From: Acidimicrobiales bacterium
GTDB lineage: Bacteria; Actinomycetota; Acidimicrobiia; Acidimicrobiales; Aldehydirespiratoraceae
Direction of reading: 5' to 3'
Assembly (NCBI GenBank): GCA_965116195.1
Contig: OZ220491.1
Coordinates: 336,042 to 400,041, forward strand
DNA: 64,000 nucleotides
Below are positions 63,143-64,000 of the stretch, one piece after another. The notes below the pieces were generated by a model, which was not told where the DNA came from, ran no database searches, and was given only the letters and a program-made list of their open reading frames with translations. The translations under genes and the position numbers were made by a program. The stretch's first letter is position 1, and each line of letters starts with the position of its first letter.

Positions 63143-64000
63143 ATGAAACCATTGGTTTCATCTGTCGAAACGCCTGGGCGACGGCGACACCGTCGCTATG
63201 TCAGCTCGCAGATCAGCCTGTGGCTGTTGTTGCTGCCGGTTGCGCTGGTGGTGGTGGCCCAACTTGCCTTGTTGATCTGGACCGCGTTCTTGTCCTCCCA
63301 GGACTGGGTACTGACCCAGACCCAGCAGTCCAAGGGCTGGATAGGAGGCCAGAACTTCTCCGAGGTCTGGAATGACCCGGTGTTCTGGCGCTCGGCAAGA
63401 AACACGGCCGTCATCACCGGCGTATCGGTGCCGATCCAGTTGGTATTGGGGATCACCCTTGCCTACGCGACTCTGGAAGTGACGGCGGAACGCTGGATCC
63501 GGACGGCACTGTTGGCACCGATGATCATCGCTCCGGTGGCGGTGGGGATTGTGTGGCGGCTAATGCTCAACGTCCAAGCCGGCCCCATCAACTCTTTCAT
63601 ACTGGATCCGATCGGGATTGACGGGCCGGTCTGGTTGGGTGAGCCTCGCTGGGCGGTGATCTCGGTGATCATTGTTGAGGTCTGGGAGTGGACACCATTT
63701 GTGCTGCTGCTGGCGGCGGCTGGTCTCACTGCCATCCCCGAAGAGTTGCGTGAAGCGGCTCGGGTTGACGGTGCCTCGGCGTGGCAACGAATTCGCCACG
63801 TTGAACTGCCCGTGCTGAGGCCGATTATTCTCATCATCGTGTTGTTTCGTACGCTCGAGTCGTTGATGAGCCTTGACGTGATCATCTCGCTGACCCGTGG
63901 CGGCCCGGGTTTTTCAACTTTCACGTTGCCCTATTACATCTATTCTCTAGGTCTGCGCACCTTTGATCTGGGGCGGGCATCAGCCGCTTCACTGATGTTC
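63143..64000 (+). CDS. carbohydrate ABC transporter permease (MalF/UgpA-like), 3' end outside window
   Basis: My own translation; the ORF track omits it because no stop codon falls in the window. It reads MKPLVSSVETPGRRRHRRY...LWLLLLPVALVV... and contains the EAA loop PEELREAARVDGASAWQRIRHVELPVLRP. Confidence 0.8.
   Translation, partial: MKPLVSSVETPGRRRHRRYVSSQISLWLLLLPVALVVVAQLALLIWTAFLSSQDWVLTQTQQSKGWIGGQNFSEVWNDPVFWRSARNTAVITGVSVPIQLVLGITLAYATLEVTAERWIRTALLAPMIIAPVAVGIVWRLMLNVQAGPINSFILDPIGIDGPVWLGEPRWAVISVIIVEVWEWTPFVLLLAAAGLTAIPEELREAARVDGASAWQRIRHVELPVLRPIILIIVLFRTLESLMSLDVIISLTRGGPGFSTFTLPYYIYSLGLRTFDLGRASAASLMF

Overview
High-GC chromosomal segment, probably from an actinobacterium (possibly Acidimicrobiia; this is inferred only from GC content, frequent GTG/TTG starts and acidic Asp-rich lipoprotein linkers). 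Ordinary metabolic and transport genes sit at both ends: a HisD-like fragment, a ThDP enzyme, a Liv-type ABC transporter and an HSL-type esterase on the left, and a sugar ABC system, SDR, MBL-fold hydrolase and IclR regulator on the right. A further ordinary block lies in the middle: FabH-like KAS III, DUF1295, photolyase, cation/H+ antiporter, SDR and PhyH dioxygenase. Two defence islands interrupt this backbone.

Island 1 runs from tRNA-Leu(GAG) at 8896 to about 26.5 kb. It contains a GIY-YIG + DGQHR gene pair and an SspABCD-like phosphorothioation module (cysteine desulfurase, DUF4007, large P-loop ATPase, PP-loop enzyme). Five more genes are translationally coupled to that module: a HARE-HTH-like protein, a PLD-nuclease/SF2-helicase fusion, a 67-aa protein, a DndD/SMC-like ATPase and a 158-aa protein. 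An AT-rich patch follows, with two paralogous membrane-anchored coiled-coil proteins and an orphan RHH protein.

Island 2 runs from about 34.4 to 56.6 kb. It contains DUF488 plus an unknown Cys-rich protein, a decayed AbiEi gene, and a C5-cytosine methyltransferase fused to an EndoIII/MutY-like FeS domain. It also holds a complete type-1-order BREX locus and a type II CBASS operon (CD-NTase, fragmented Cap2, Cap4 nuclease-SAVED). In the BREX locus, BrxL carries a Ser/Thr kinase domain where the Lon protease domain normally sits.

The strongest novelty candidates are the five-gene module co-operonic with ssp (19158-25270), the GIY-YIG/DGQHR pair, and the BrxL-kinase fusion. A recurrent sequence oddity is short tandem duplication (39-77 bp periods) of gene start or stop junctions at several loci. 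Some of these create chains of uORFs, and one forms a 6 x 72-bp in-frame array inside the photolyase.

No CRISPR array, rRNA, integrase or transposase was recognised.
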